Origin: a virus
Taxonomy: Duplodnaviria > Heunggongvirae > Uroviricota > Caudoviricetes
Length of the DNA stretch: 64,000 nt
Strand: one strand, 5' to 3'
Virus record (IMG/VR): IMGVR_UViG_3300044591_001876
Coordinates: 11,134 to 75,133 of that record
The first letter of the stretch is position 1. Each line of letters starts with the position of its first letter. A program made the translations under genes and the position numbers. This document shows positions 1-9,287 of the stretch, piece after piece. The notes under the pieces are model-generated. The model made no database searches. It was not told the origin of the DNA and saw nothing but the letters and a program-made list of their open reading frames with translations.

Positions 1-34
1 TGAGAGTAAAATAGCAGCAACTTCTGCTCAGGAC

Positions 35-1795
35 ATGGAGTTCCAGCAAATGTCTGCTTACGAGCAGAATGACATACCACAAGCAGAAACTGGCGGTATT
101 ATTTCTGGTCCTGACAGTGGGTATCTTGCCAAACTTCATGGCAACGAAATGGTCATTCCATTAGATAATAATTATACACAAGGAGAACCTAGTGCTATTG
201 ATGGGAAGGTTAGACCTAAACCACAACAGCCTATTGCCACTCCAAAAAGTATTGAATCAATGCCCAAGTATGAAATGGGCACCAGTAAAATTGTTAATAA
301 TTATCCTAAGTATGAAATGGGGAATAGCACAGTAAATTCTGCTCCCATAACGTCTAAGTTTGGATTTAATACTACTCAAAACATTGTTGGTAATGCTGGA
401 GGAGGAACTACCGAAAGTTCTAAATTAACTCAATCAATGGTTGATGTGATGTCGTTACCAATGATGGCTGCTGGAGGTACATTACTTTCGGCAACTACAA
501 AGTATATGCAAAGTTTGGGTGGGGAAGGAGCAAATATAAACCCCGAAATAGAAAGAGTATCGAGACCTATTGCCAACGTATTTGGATTGCCTCCAACAAT
601 AGTAAGTGCTGCTAAGGGAAGCACTTCAAGAAGAGCTGTTGGGGAGGAAGAACAAAAAGAAGACGGCGAATCCAAGAAAGATTTATTTGCTAAACTCACT
701 GATGGGTTTGGTAAGTTACTTGAAAAACTTGGTAATAGTATTAATAATAGACCAACAGATACTACTACAGATGATGACACAACAGGAAACGGTCCAGGTG
801 GAAGTGGTCAAGATTTTGCCACATTAGCAACTATTGCTGCTCTAGAATCTGGGTCTGCTCAAGGACAAGCTGATGTTGCTCAATCTGTATATAATAGATT
901 GGGAGATACTGGTCAAATGTATGGGAAATCTATTACAGAAATTTTAACTAGAGATAATCAATATCAAGTAGCTTTTAAAGATCCGAATGCTAGTAGTGGC
1001 GAGGGAGCAAAAGTGGCAGATGTATTTAAGAATATTAAAAACGAGGATGATGCTGCAAAAGCAATCATGTATTATTATTCTAAACGAGGTAGACCAGTAA
1101 CTGAAGAACAGGCAAGACAAATGTATCGCTCATCTGCTAAAGCAATTTCTGATGCTAAATTGAGAGAAAATGCTGCTAGACATGTTGGCGGCAGAACTGA
1201 ATTTTTGGGTAGAGGATTAGGGGGAGCTGGATCTGTTTCTAGAGGCGGTGGATCAGATAATGATTTTTTTGCTGCTTATGGATCTAGAACACAGATGGCT
1301 AGAGGAGCACAAGCAGCGCCATCTGGATTATTTAATGCTCCCTCACCTTCTCAATCAGCACCTCCAACACCAGCACAACTTGGTCAAGCAATAACGAGTA
1401 ATTATGGTCTTAAAGTTGGTCAAGAAAGACAATTCACCCACCCAGAATATGGAACAATAAAAGCACATAAAACAGCAACTGGATTTGATTTTTATGATGG
1501 TCCTACAAAACTAGATATGTCTAAACCACAAGGTAAAGCAATTGTGGAATATTTTAAATCTACTAACGGTGGGCAACAAATATCTCCACCACAAGCAGGA
1601 CAACAGATATCTTCTCTTTCAACTTCATCTTCAAAATCTTCTGGTGGAGGAATAACTGTATTAAATACAGGTGGTGGGCAACAAATTGCTTCTGCTGGTT
1701 CGAGTCCTCAACCATCTGCTGATGGTGGGGTAGAATCTGGTAGAAATCCTACTCAAGATTTCTTTAGTAATTCATTCTCGTTAGGTGTAGGATAA
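35..1795 (+). CDS. Tail/baseplate-associated protein with C-terminal SleB-like (Hydrolase_2) cell-wall hydrolase domain; frame is open to window start, so likely 5'-truncated
   Basis: 586-aa ORF; no in-frame stop between nt 2 and ATG 35; C-terminal segment ALESGSAQGQADVAQSVYNRL...QYQVAF resembles SleB/Hydrolase_2 core (E.GE..GQ.AVA.VI.NR...QFS); followed by structural genes. Confidence 0.5.
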   Translation: MEFQQMSAYEQNDIPQAETGGIISGPDSGYLAKLHGNEMVIPLDNNYTQGEPSAIDGKVRPKPQQPIATPKSIESMPKYEMGTSKIVNNYPKYEMGNSTVNSAPITSKFGFNTTQNIVGNAGGGTTESSKLTQSMVDVMSLPMMAAGGTLLSATTKYMQSLGGEGANINPEIERVSRPIANVFGLPPTIVSAAKGSTSRRAVGEEEQKEDGESKKDLFAKLTDGFGKLLEKLGNSINNRPTDTTTDDDTTGNGPGGSGQDFATLATIAALESGSAQGQADVAQSVYNRLGDTGQMYGKSITEILTRDNQYQVAFKDPNASSGEGAKVADVFKNIKNEDDAAKAIMYYYSKRGRPVTEEQARQMYRSSAKAISDAKLRENAARHVGGRTEFLGRGLGGAGSVSRGGGSDNDFFAAYGSRTQMARGAQAAPSGLFNAPSPSQSAPPTPAQLGQAITSNYGLKVGQERQFTHPEYGTIKAHKTATGFDFYDGPTKLDMSKPQGKAIVEYFKSTNGGQQISPPQAGQQISSLSTSSSKSSGGGITVLNTGGGQQIASAGSSPQPSADGGVESGRNPTQDFFSNSFSLGVG

Positions 1796-3207
1796 TGTCA
1801 GATAATTTAAAACCTTATGCTTCTAGTTTTCAATTAAAAAGTGTTGTTATATACCGAGTAAAATCAAGTGAGTCATATGATATTACTGATTTAGTTCAGC
1901 GTTTTGATTACTTCGAAAGCATTACATCTCCTGTCATATCTGGCACGTTAGTTATGGTAGATTCGGGATCTAATTTAATATCATCACTACCTATCCAGGG
2001 AACTGAGCGTGTTGTAATTAATCTGATTGCTCCAAACAATGAACAGCATGAGTATGACTTGAGAGTTTATAAAATTGGTAGTAGATTTGGAGCAGAAAGA
2101 TTCCAAACGTATACCTTAGGTTTGATTTCTCAAGAAGGACTTCTCAACGAAGGGATCCGAGTTACGAAAACCTTGAGTGGCAAATCTAATAAAATTGTGA
2201 GTGACTTGCTAAAAGATTATTTAAAAACAGATAAAGATTTGGAAGTGGAAACTACTAAATTTAATATCATTTTTAATGCCGGAAAAAAATCTCCGTTTGC
2301 TATCATCAATAGTATTCAATCAAAATCTGTTTCCGATTCTAGTACATCTAAAGTAACAGAAAGTAAAAAATCTTCTAAGTCATCTCCTTCTGATAATAAA
2401 ACTGTATCTTCTTTAAAACCAGTTGATAGTTCTGACTACGGCAGTGTAACTGGTAGTGCTGGTTATTTTTTCTTTGAAAACAAGGATGGGTATGTGTTTA
2501 AATCAATTGATACTCTATGTTCTGGTGTTAATTCTGCTGGAACTTATTTTCAAGAACCAATTGATGTAAACTCTCCTCCAGATAAAAAGATATTATCAAT
2601 TGATTTTTTAAATGAGATTGATATTCTAACTAAATTAAGAACAGGAGCATTCTCTTCAGTAATTTGTTACTACAACTTCAGCACTGGAGCATATGAAGAG
2701 TATACTTATTCACTAGACAAAGCTTACGATAGTATGAAACATATGGGATCCCAAAAAGGATTGCCTTATGGTCAAAAAGAATTATCTAAGTATCCTACTC
2801 GTGTTATGAGTATGATATTAGATCACGAAACATGGTTTGATGGTGAAGAAGCTGCTTCCCCAGAAAAAAGAGATGGTGAAAATGGAGCAACTCAATTTCC
2901 TGATTATCAAAAATTTTACATGGCACAATCTATATCAAGATTGAATTCATTAACAAATCAAAAAGTAAAAATAAAACTTAACGGATCACCAGCAATTAAA
3001 GTTGGAGATGTAATTGACATCATGATTCCTAATCAGGTAACACAGCAACAAAAGATAGTTGAAAAATATGATCCAGAACATAGCGGAACGTATTTAATTT
3101 CTGAGGTTAATCATGTATTTAATCCTAAGCAGAGAAGATGCTATACGTTCTTAACTTTAATTAGAGATTCATATGGCATGAAAGATTATGCCTCCAAAAC
3201 ACAATAA
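1795..3207 (+). CDS. Virion structural protein (baseplate-associated?), hypothetical
   Basis: 470-aa ORF, ATGA overlap with upstream gene, in structural gene block; no recognisable motif. Confidence 0.5.
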   Translation: MSDNLKPYASSFQLKSVVIYRVKSSESYDITDLVQRFDYFESITSPVISGTLVMVDSGSNLISSLPIQGTERVVINLIAPNNEQHEYDLRVYKIGSRFGAERFQTYTLGLISQEGLLNEGIRVTKTLSGKSNKIVSDLLKDYLKTDKDLEVETTKFNIIFNAGKKSPFAIINSIQSKSVSDSSTSKVTESKKSSKSSPSDNKTVSSLKPVDSSDYGSVTGSAGYFFFENKDGYVFKSIDTLCSGVNSAGTYFQEPIDVNSPPDKKILSIDFLNEIDILTKLRTGAFSSVICYYNFSTGAYEEYTYSLDKAYDSMKHMGSQKGLPYGQKELSKYPTRVMSMILDHETWFDGEEAASPEKRDGENGATQFPDYQKFYMAQSISRLNSLTNQKVKIKLNGSPAIKVGDVIDIMIPNQVTQQQKIVEKYDPEHSGTYLISEVNHVFNPKQRRCYTFLTLIRDSYGMKDYASKTQ

Positions 3208-3210
3208 ATA
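3203..3210 (+). promoter_or_regulatory. T4-type late promoter (AATAAATA)
   Basis: NATAAATA octamer 20 nt upstream of ATG 3231; second TATAAAT at 3214. Confidence 0.5.
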
Positions 3211-3230
3211 GTATATAAATTCAGTGTGAT

Positions 3231-6200
3231 ATGGATCCCGTATTATCCTCGCTATTTCCAGTAAATCAGATAGGATCGGATGGATTCAACTGGTGGATTG
3301 GTCAGGTTGAATCAAATAAGCATGATGATCCTAAAAATTCTGGTAGGTATCGTGTAAGAATTGTTGGTCAGCATCTAAAAGATTGTGATGCTACACCAAC
3401 AACCGAATTGCCTTGGGCAAACGTAATGATGCCAGTCACCGCTCCCTTTACTGACGGTGGTGTTACTGGTGCTTCGGTTGATTTGAGACAAGGTAACTGG
3501 GTGATTGGCTTTTACATGGATGCTGATAAGCAGAAGCCAATTATCATGGGATCTATTGGTCATACTGCTGGATCTACATTAATTAAAAATTATGAAAAAG
3601 ATCCCAATCCAGGTGGCACATGTAAATCATTCACCACCTATTTTGATCCAGAAAGAAATCCATATAAGCATGAGCCTCTACCTGAAGGAAAGAAATCGGA
3701 AGGTAATACGGAGAAAGATGATTCGGAGTACACAAAACCTGGACAAGCTGGAGTAATTGCTGCTGCTATTCCTGGACAAGCTCCTGCTAGTTTCTATGCT
3801 TTGTTTGCTGAGAATACATCAACTAATCCAACTGGTTCTAAACTTTGTGTTGAAATTGCTAATCCAAAATGTGGTTCTGAATCTGATTTGTCTGGTGGAT
3901 TAAAAAATATTTTATCAGAAATGCTTGCTGCTAACCAACAATCTGGTGGGCAACTTGGCGACTATTATGTGAGTCAAATCAATGGAGAATTAGATAACTA
4001 TACAAATGTTGCTAGAGGCTATGTTAATAAAGCAACTAGATTAGTTTCTAGTTTTGTGTCTAGAGCAAAGGGCGAGATAATAAAAGTTGTTAGACAAGGC
4101 ATAGATGGCTTGGTTGACTTAGCATTAACTGTGGACGTTGCTACTACAGATGCCCTAGGCAATGTTAATACCGGACCAGTTGCTCCCGACCTAGGAGTTG
4201 AACCTTTTACACCAATTACTAAAAAAGAAAGTAGATTAAAGCCAGTCATTGATACAATCAATGAAGTTCTTGATGATTTGGGTTGTAGTATTGCTGATTT
4301 TACTGATAGGCTAGCATCTTGGTTGACTGATTTACTTTTAGAAATTTTTATGGAGGCATTCAATGCCGCCACTTGTTTGATTGATGCTGTAATTGAATCT
4401 ATTATTAGTGAAATATTAAATGGTCTTGAAGAAATTTTATCTGTAGTTTTAGGACCACTACAAGATTTCTTAAGTATCTTAGCTGCCCCATTAAACATTA
4501 TTGGATCGGCTATAAGTGCTGTCTTTGATTTGCTAGGTATTTCTTGTGATGGTCCGAATGCTGAGTGTGAAAAAGTTTCAAAGGAGTGTACTGACTGTGG
4601 TTCTGAAGACACTGAAGATTGGCTTGATAAATTACTCAAACAAATTGAAGATGGTCCTTTGGCAGGAACTTCTGTTTGTGCCGAATCAAAAGAATCGCCA
4701 GCTGATGAAGAAACAGGCATCGTATTTGTTGGGGGCATCTTTCAACCTCCAGGAGATGTACCAACAGATGCTTCTCCTACAAGTTTGGAAAAAGTTTTTG
4801 CCTACAAATCAAATGATCTTCAAGTAGTTGAAGGACAAGATGCTGTTTTTACTATTATAAGAGAAGGAAATACTTTACTTTCTTCTAGTATAAAATATCA
4901 AGTTGTTAATTTATCTGCTACAGAAGGAGTGGATTTTATTAAGCCAAATACTGGAGGGACAATTGGGTTTGCTCCTGGCGAGTATCAAAAAACAATAACA
5001 TTTAAAACTCTTGCTGATGATGTTGATGAAGGCATAGAAAAATTTGCTATTAGATTATCAGAATCTGTTACCCCAGAGGGATCAAGAACTATATTTCCTG
5101 ACGGAACAATTTTTGAATGTGAAATTTTAAATTATGATTTAAATTCTATACAACCTCCTGTGGGAGGATTTGATTTTGAGGCACCTAATGGTTTGACTCC
5201 TGCTACAACATCTATAATCAAACCACCATCAAATTTTGTTACAACACCAGTAACAACTTTGACTCCAGTGAACAATATTATTCCTACTGTGCCATTGTAT
5301 ACAGTAATACCAGAGAAAACATTTTATTATGAGGGCACGGAAATAGTATTCAATATTTTTACTAAAAATGTAAAAGATAATACTGAATTAAATTATACTA
5401 TTTTTGGTGATGTTGTTGCTGCTGATATTGTTGGTGGTCAACTTACAGGATCATTTATTGTTGTGGATAACAAAGCAACTGTTAAAATTACAACAACAAC
5501 AGACAATGATTTAGTTGGTGAAATTGTAAATGATGATGGAACTATATCAACAGAAAACATACCAGACCCAACAGAAAGATTAATCTTTGGCATTGATGAT
5601 ACAAATGTTTTCGCTAGTGTTTCTATATTGGGTGATGATATTCCAGTAGAACCATACTATTTTGTAGAAGCTGATAAGAATGTTTATGCTGAGGGAGAAA
5701 CGATAGTTTATACAATAACATCCTATAATGTTCCCAACAATACGGTAGTTACATACGAACTTTCTGGACCAGGCATTACAGAAACTGATATTATCGAGTA
5801 TGAATTATCTGGCACGTTTACTGTAGTTGATAATAAAGCTACAGTAAACGTACAGTTAACGGCAGATTCTGATATAGAACAGTCGGAACTATTAATCTTC
5901 ACCATTACTGGTGTTGATAATGGAGATTTTACTACGGTAATAATTGAGCCAGATAAAACAATTCAAGATCCTGTGGGCACTGTTGTTACCCCAACATTCT
6001 TTGTTCAATCTGATAAAATTGAATATGAGGAAGGAGAAACAGCAGAATTTACTATCACCACAACTAATGTTCCTAATGGAACTAAATTACAATATGTTTT
6101 GTATGGTCCTTCGTTAAAATCATCTGATATTATTAATGGTGTACTGTTTGATACGTTTGTTGTTTATAATAACACAGCAAAAATTTATATTGGTATTAAT

Positions 6201-6869
6201 AAAGACTTAGAAATTGAAAGCAATGAAGTGATCACTTTTGTTATCAATGGGACTGGAGCTTCGGCACAAATTATTGTGTTGGGAGAAATCGTTGAACCTC
6301 CTGTTGTGGTTCCTGATGTTATTAAACCTTGTATAACATCTCCATCAGCTGGTGTTCCTGTCACGAATGAATCTGGGGCAATCGTTAGCATACCAATTAT
6401 TGATAGAGGGTGTCCGTATCAAAAACCACCTAGAGTAATCATACGTGGGAAAGGATATGGAGCTTCTGCTATTGCTTTGTTGGATGAAAACGGATATGTG
6501 AGTGAAGTAAGAGTGACAAGAACTGGCAGAGGATATGTAAAAAATACTTCTGTTAATCAAAACTTAACCTGTGTCATTGATTCATATACATTATTGAATC
6601 CAGGTAGAGGGTATACTTCAGAACCAGAAGTATACATTGACGGTCAACTTGGAATTGCTAGAGCAAGAATAAATGATCTCGGATATGTTTTTAGTGTAGA
6701 AGTTCTCGACAGAACAAAAACCTTTAAGGATATTCCTAGTATTATAATTAGAGGTGGCGGTGGTGCTGGTGCTAGAGTATTACCTAGTTTAAATTGCCTA
6801 GATAAGGTAGAACTTGAAACCAAAGGCTATGCCAAAATTGGAACAGGTAAATATATTGATTGCCCATAA
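3231..6869 (+). CDS. Baseplate central spike/hub protein, gp5-like N-terminal OB-fold domain fused to Calx-beta domain, three tandem Ig-like repeats and C-terminal Gly/Arg-rich repeats
   Basis: N-term FNWWIGQVE..GRYRVRIVGQH..LPWANVMMP..GNWVIGFYMDADKQKPIIMGSIG matches T4 gp5 OB-domain pattern; EGQDAVFTIIREG..DDVDEGIEKFAIRLSE = Calx-beta signature; three ~100-aa repeats (YEGTEIVFNIF../YAEGETIVYTIT../YEEGETAEFTIT..). Confidence 0.55.
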   Translation: MDPVLSSLFPVNQIGSDGFNWWIGQVESNKHDDPKNSGRYRVRIVGQHLKDCDATPTTELPWANVMMPVTAPFTDGGVTGASVDLRQGNWVIGFYMDADKQKPIIMGSIGHTAGSTLIKNYEKDPNPGGTCKSFTTYFDPERNPYKHEPLPEGKKSEGNTEKDDSEYTKPGQAGVIAAAIPGQAPASFYALFAENTSTNPTGSKLCVEIANPKCGSESDLSGGLKNILSEMLAANQQSGGQLGDYYVSQINGELDNYTNVARGYVNKATRLVSSFVSRAKGEIIKVVRQGIDGLVDLALTVDVATTDALGNVNTGPVAPDLGVEPFTPITKKESRLKPVIDTINEVLDDLGCSIADFTDRLASWLTDLLLEIFMEAFNAATCLIDAVIESIISEILNGLEEILSVVLGPLQDFLSILAAPLNIIGSAISAVFDLLGISCDGPNAECEKVSKECTDCGSEDTEDWLDKLLKQIEDGPLAGTSVCAESKESPADEETGIVFVGGIFQPPGDVPTDASPTSLEKVFAYKSNDLQVVEGQDAVFTIIREGNTLLSSSIKYQVVNLSATEGVDFIKPNTGGTIGFAPGEYQKTITFKTLADDVDEGIEKFAIRLSESVTPEGSRTIFPDGTIFECEILNYDLNSIQPPVGGFDFEAPNGLTPATTSIIKPPSNFVTTPVTTLTPVNNIIPTVPLYTVIPEKTFYYEGTEIVFNIFTKNVKDNTELNYTIFGDVVAADIVGGQLTGSFIVVDNKATVKITTTTDNDLVGEIVNDDGTISTENIPDPTERLIFGIDDTNVFASVSILGDDIPVEPYYFVEADKNVYAEGETIVYTITSYNVPNNTVVTYELSGPGITETDIIEYELSGTFTVVDNKATVNVQLTADSDIEQSELLIFTITGVDNGDFTTVIIEPDKTIQDPVGTVVTPTFFVQSDKIEYEEGETAEFTITTTNVPNGTKLQYVLYGPSLKSSDIINGVLFDTFVVYNNTAKIYIGINKDLEIESNEVITFVINGTGASAQIIVLGEIVEPPVVVPDVIKPCITSPSAGVPVTNESGAIVSIPIIDRGCPYQKPPRVIIRGKGYGASAIALLDENGYVSEVRVTRTGRGYVKNTSVNQNLTCVIDSYTLLNPGRGYTSEPEVYIDGQLGIARARINDLGYVFSVEVLDRTKTFKDIPSIIIRGGGGAGARVLPSLNCLDKVELETKGYAKIGTGKYIDCP

Positions 6870-8065
6870 TGTCTGTAACTAACAAACCCGCTTCAAATCC
6901 AGATGTAACAAAAGGAACTGTTCCTAATGCTGATGGAGATCTTTCTTTTAAATATGGCGAAGGTCCAATACCAGATTATTCTTATCTGTTAGGCAAATGG
7001 ACTCTTACTACGTATACATTTCCTGAAGATGGATCTTCTGGCTTTGCTATAACTGATGGTAAATCAGCATTCCACATAGACAATCAGGGAAACATAATCT
7101 TTGGCACTGGGTCTCCATCTCAAAGTGGATGTGGTGGCAAACTGATTATGAAATCAGAAGCACAACTACAAAAAACAGGATCTGTTTCAATTGAAGTTCA
7201 AGGAAGACCAGACGACGGTTCTGTAAAAAAGGAAACGAATGCTACTGGAGGCATAAGTGAAACTAAACTGCCTGCTTACTCGCTAAAAGTATATGGAGAT
7301 GTGTTAATTGAATGTATTGGTGGTGAAGCAGTTATAAAAGGAGAAAACATTACCTTAAATGCTGCTAGCACACTTAATTTAAATTCAGGAAAAGATATTA
7401 ATCTCACGGCAGGTAAAGAGGGTGGTAGAATTAATATGTTTGGTGGAACTTTTTCACTCAATACTAGCTTCTTTGAAAAAAATCTGAGTGGTGGTGAATA
7501 CTCCAAGGGAGCAGGCGAAGTACAAATAGAACAGTACAACCCAAATGCTTCAACATCTGTTTCAACACCAGGAAGTGTTAATTATACAGTCAATGGTAAT
7601 TATGATCTCGGAGTTACTGGAGACTATAAACAAATTGTTAATAAGAATTATTCATTGAGCGTTGATTTAGATTATGCTAGAGAAGTTAAAGGAAATGCCT
7701 CAGAAAAAACTGTAGGTAAACAGAAAACATCAATAACTGGAACAAAAATTCGTGAGTCATCACAACAAGAGTCATATGTGTTAGAAGTAGGAGCAAATCC
7801 AACACCAGAAATAGCTGCTTATAAGGTATCTAGTGGCGGCAAAGTTGAAATGAGTACCACCACAGGTGGATTTAAATTTGAGGCTGCTGCTCAAGTAAGC
7901 ACCATGACACTTGACGAAAAATCTTTCAAGGTAAATGTTGGTAAAGAATTGGGTGTGCTTGAGATGTCTGAAACGAAAGCAGAATTTTCTTATGGAAAGA
8001 CATCAAAAATTACACTGGAGCCAGCTAAAATTTCTGTGGTGGCGACACAAATTTACCTAAATTGA
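6869..8065 (+). CDS. Virion structural protein, hypothetical
   Basis: ORF track starts at TTG 6860; first ATG 6869 overlaps upstream stop (TAATG); ~399 aa, Ser/Thr/Gly-rich beta-type composition. Confidence 0.5.
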   Translation: MSVTNKPASNPDVTKGTVPNADGDLSFKYGEGPIPDYSYLLGKWTLTTYTFPEDGSSGFAITDGKSAFHIDNQGNIIFGTGSPSQSGCGGKLIMKSEAQLQKTGSVSIEVQGRPDDGSVKKETNATGGISETKLPAYSLKVYGDVLIECIGGEAVIKGENITLNAASTLNLNSGKDINLTAGKEGGRINMFGGTFSLNTSFFEKNLSGGEYSKGAGEVQIEQYNPNASTSVSTPGSVNYTVNGNYDLGVTGDYKQIVNKNYSLSVDLDYAREVKGNASEKTVGKQKTSITGTKIRESSQQESYVLEVGANPTPEIAAYKVSSGGKVEMSTTTGGFKFEAAAQVSTMTLDEKSFKVNVGKELGVLEMSETKAEFSYGKTSKITLEPAKISVVATQIYLN

Positions 8066-8085
8066 AATTGGAAAACTGAAACCAG

Positions 8086-8132
8086 GAAATCAGCAAAAAA
8101 TTCTCTGGTAAAAAATCACTCAAAAAGTCGAG
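8086..8132 (+). promoter_or_regulatory. Conserved intergenic element copy A (GAAATCnGnAAAAAATTCnCnGGTAAAAAATCnnCAAAAAGTnGAG)
   Basis: Near-identical to 10321-10367; both lie immediately upstream of a small ORF. Confidence 0.4.
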
Positions 8133-8133
8133 C

Positions 8134-8141
8134 AATAAATA
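8134..8141 (+). promoter_or_regulatory. T4-type late promoter (AATAAATA)
   Basis: NATAAATA 22 nt upstream of ATG 8163. Confidence 0.45.
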
Positions 8142-8162
8142 CCAATAACATTGAGGTGTATT

Positions 8163-8483
8163 ATGTTATCTACCCAGTATCGTCTTCGCTTAGAATCTAT
8201 TTGTCAAAAAATTGTTGCTGGACAAACAGTAGAATTATCTGAAATGATATGGGCAGAAAAATTAGCAAAATCAAATAGAAGTGCTGCCACTATACTTAGA
8301 CAAGCAAGACGTACTGCTAATAATCCAGATATGGTTGAGGGAGATATGGATGATTTTTTGAATCAACTTGATATTGGTGGCACTGGTCACGAATCTAAAG
8401 GTATTACTGGATTTGATAGTATTGATGAGATTGTTGACTGGTTTCGCCAAGACAAACCAGAAGACTGGAGACAGCGTGACTAG
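8163..8483 (+). CDS. Hypothetical protein
   Basis: 106-aa ORF from ATG 8163 (track lists 8151); GAGGTG RBS 6 nt upstream. Confidence 0.45.
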   Translation: MLSTQYRLRLESICQKIVAGQTVELSEMIWAEKLAKSNRSAATILRQARRTANNPDMVEGDMDDFLNQLDIGGTGHESKGITGFDSIDEIVDWFRQDKPEDWRQRD

Positions 8484-8484
8484 T

Positions 8485-8525
8485 GGCACAGGGGGGTTGA
8501 CAGACCAGCTTAAAGCTGCTATTAT
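8485..8525 (+). promoter_or_regulatory. Sigma70-like early promoter with upstream GGCACAGGGGGG element
   Basis: TTGACA 8497-8502, 17-nt spacer, TATTAT 8520-8525; same GGCACAGGGGG-TTGAC architecture recurs at 35590, 45872, 53297, 57984, 63153. Confidence 0.5.
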
Positions 8526-8551
8526 ACATACATACACGGGTCGAGGAAACA

Positions 8552-8683
8552 ATGAAAGTTCCAAATTGGCAACACCACAGCAAAAAAGAACAGAAGCGTA
8601 CCCTCAAGCCCCAAGCATTGAGAGCTGCCAGAAAGCGTAGGCAGGCACTGAAAAACCTCTTGACAGCAACGGGACGAATATGA
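8552..8683 (+). CDS. Small basic peptide (43 aa), hypothetical
   Basis: ATG 8552 preceded by GAGGA RBS; MKVPNWQHHSKKEQKRTLKPQ...; below ORF-track cutoff. Confidence 0.2.
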   Translation: MKVPNWQHHSKKEQKRTLKPQALRAARKRRQALKNLLTATGRI

Positions 8684-8707
8684 TACCATAGATTGGTATC
8701 AATTCAA

Positions 8708-8795
8708 GCGAGTGAGACTTGGTAGTCAGAGGAGTCTTATAAACTCTTTCCGCCAGATTAGCGGCTTTGAGGTGGTTCGAATCCACCCACTCGTA
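8708..8795 (+). tRNA. tRNA-like gene, 88 nt, class-II-like long variable region; anticodon ambiguous (loop reads CUUAUAA)
   Basis: 7-bp acceptor GCGAGTG/CACTCGT (G1-U72), perfect T-arm GGTGG-TTCGAAT-CCACC; anticodon stem GGAGT/ACTCT; D-arm atypical so isotype not assignable by eye. Confidence 0.4.
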
Positions 8796-8799
8796 CCTT

Positions 8800-8872
8800 G
8801 CTCCTTTAGCAATCTGGCGAATGCACCGAACTCATAATTCGGCTAAGGTGGGTTCGATCCCCTCAAGGAGCA
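8800..8872 (+). tRNA. tRNA-Met/fMet/Ile2 (anticodon CAU)
   Basis: Acceptor GCTCCTT/AAGGAGC, anticodon stem CCGAA/TTCGG with loop CTCATAA, T-arm GTGGG-TTCGATC-CCCTC, 73 nt. Confidence 0.7.
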
Positions 8873-8916
8873 CTTGACAATCTGAGCAAAACCTGCTACA
8901 ATTGTCACATACACAT

Positions 8917-8989
8917 GCCCGTGTAGTCCAACGGCAGAGACAGGGGACTTAAAATCCCTCCAGTGTCGGTTCGAATCCGACCACGGGTA
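8917..8989 (+). tRNA. tRNA with anticodon UAA (Leu-UUA decoder?) but class-I (5-nt variable loop) architecture
   Basis: Acceptor GCCCGTG/CACGGGT, anticodon stem GGGGA/TCCCT with loop CTTAAAA, variable CCAGT, T-arm GTCGG-TTCGAAT-CCGAC, 73 nt. Confidence 0.6.
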
Positions 8990-9020
8990 TTCCACTAAAT
9001 AAAACGAGTGGAAAAAAGTA

Positions 9021-9287
9021 ATGAAATACACACTTTCTCAATCATATTGCTTTTATATGGGCGAGGTAGTTCGTATGTATTTCATACAGGGTATGCCATA
9101 TACCTTTGACGAACTTCCTGCCCTCATACAAGACCATCCTTCTGTCCAAACTGAAGCCCTATCTAATAGGGATTTTGATGATGAAGACATGTTTATTTGG
9201 TCTAATTATTTGATGATGGAAGAGGCTCATCCGCTAATGTTTGAATTGGAATTTGAAAATCCTGAGTTACTACCTAAAGATGATTAA
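9021..9287 (+). CDS. Hypothetical protein (88 aa)
   Basis: ORF after tRNA cluster; stop overlaps cpeT start. Confidence 0.4.
   Translation: MKYTLSQSYCFYMGEVVRMYFIQGMPYTFDELPALIQDHPSVQTEALSNRDFDDEDMFIWSNYLMMEEAHPLMFELEFENPELLPKDD

Noticed and set aside
4019-4738. 239-aa minus-strand ORF and other minus ORFs inside the structural genes (15448-15786, 19312-19578, 36429-36881 etc.)
   Set aside because: Embedded antisense within long, motif-supported + strand genes. Ser/Thr-rich low-complexity translations.
8368-8640. 90-aa + ORF overlapping gene 8163-8483 and the promoter
   Set aside because: Overlaps a better-supported gene and the promoter element. Only the distal 43-aa reading (8552-8683) is kept, at low confidence.
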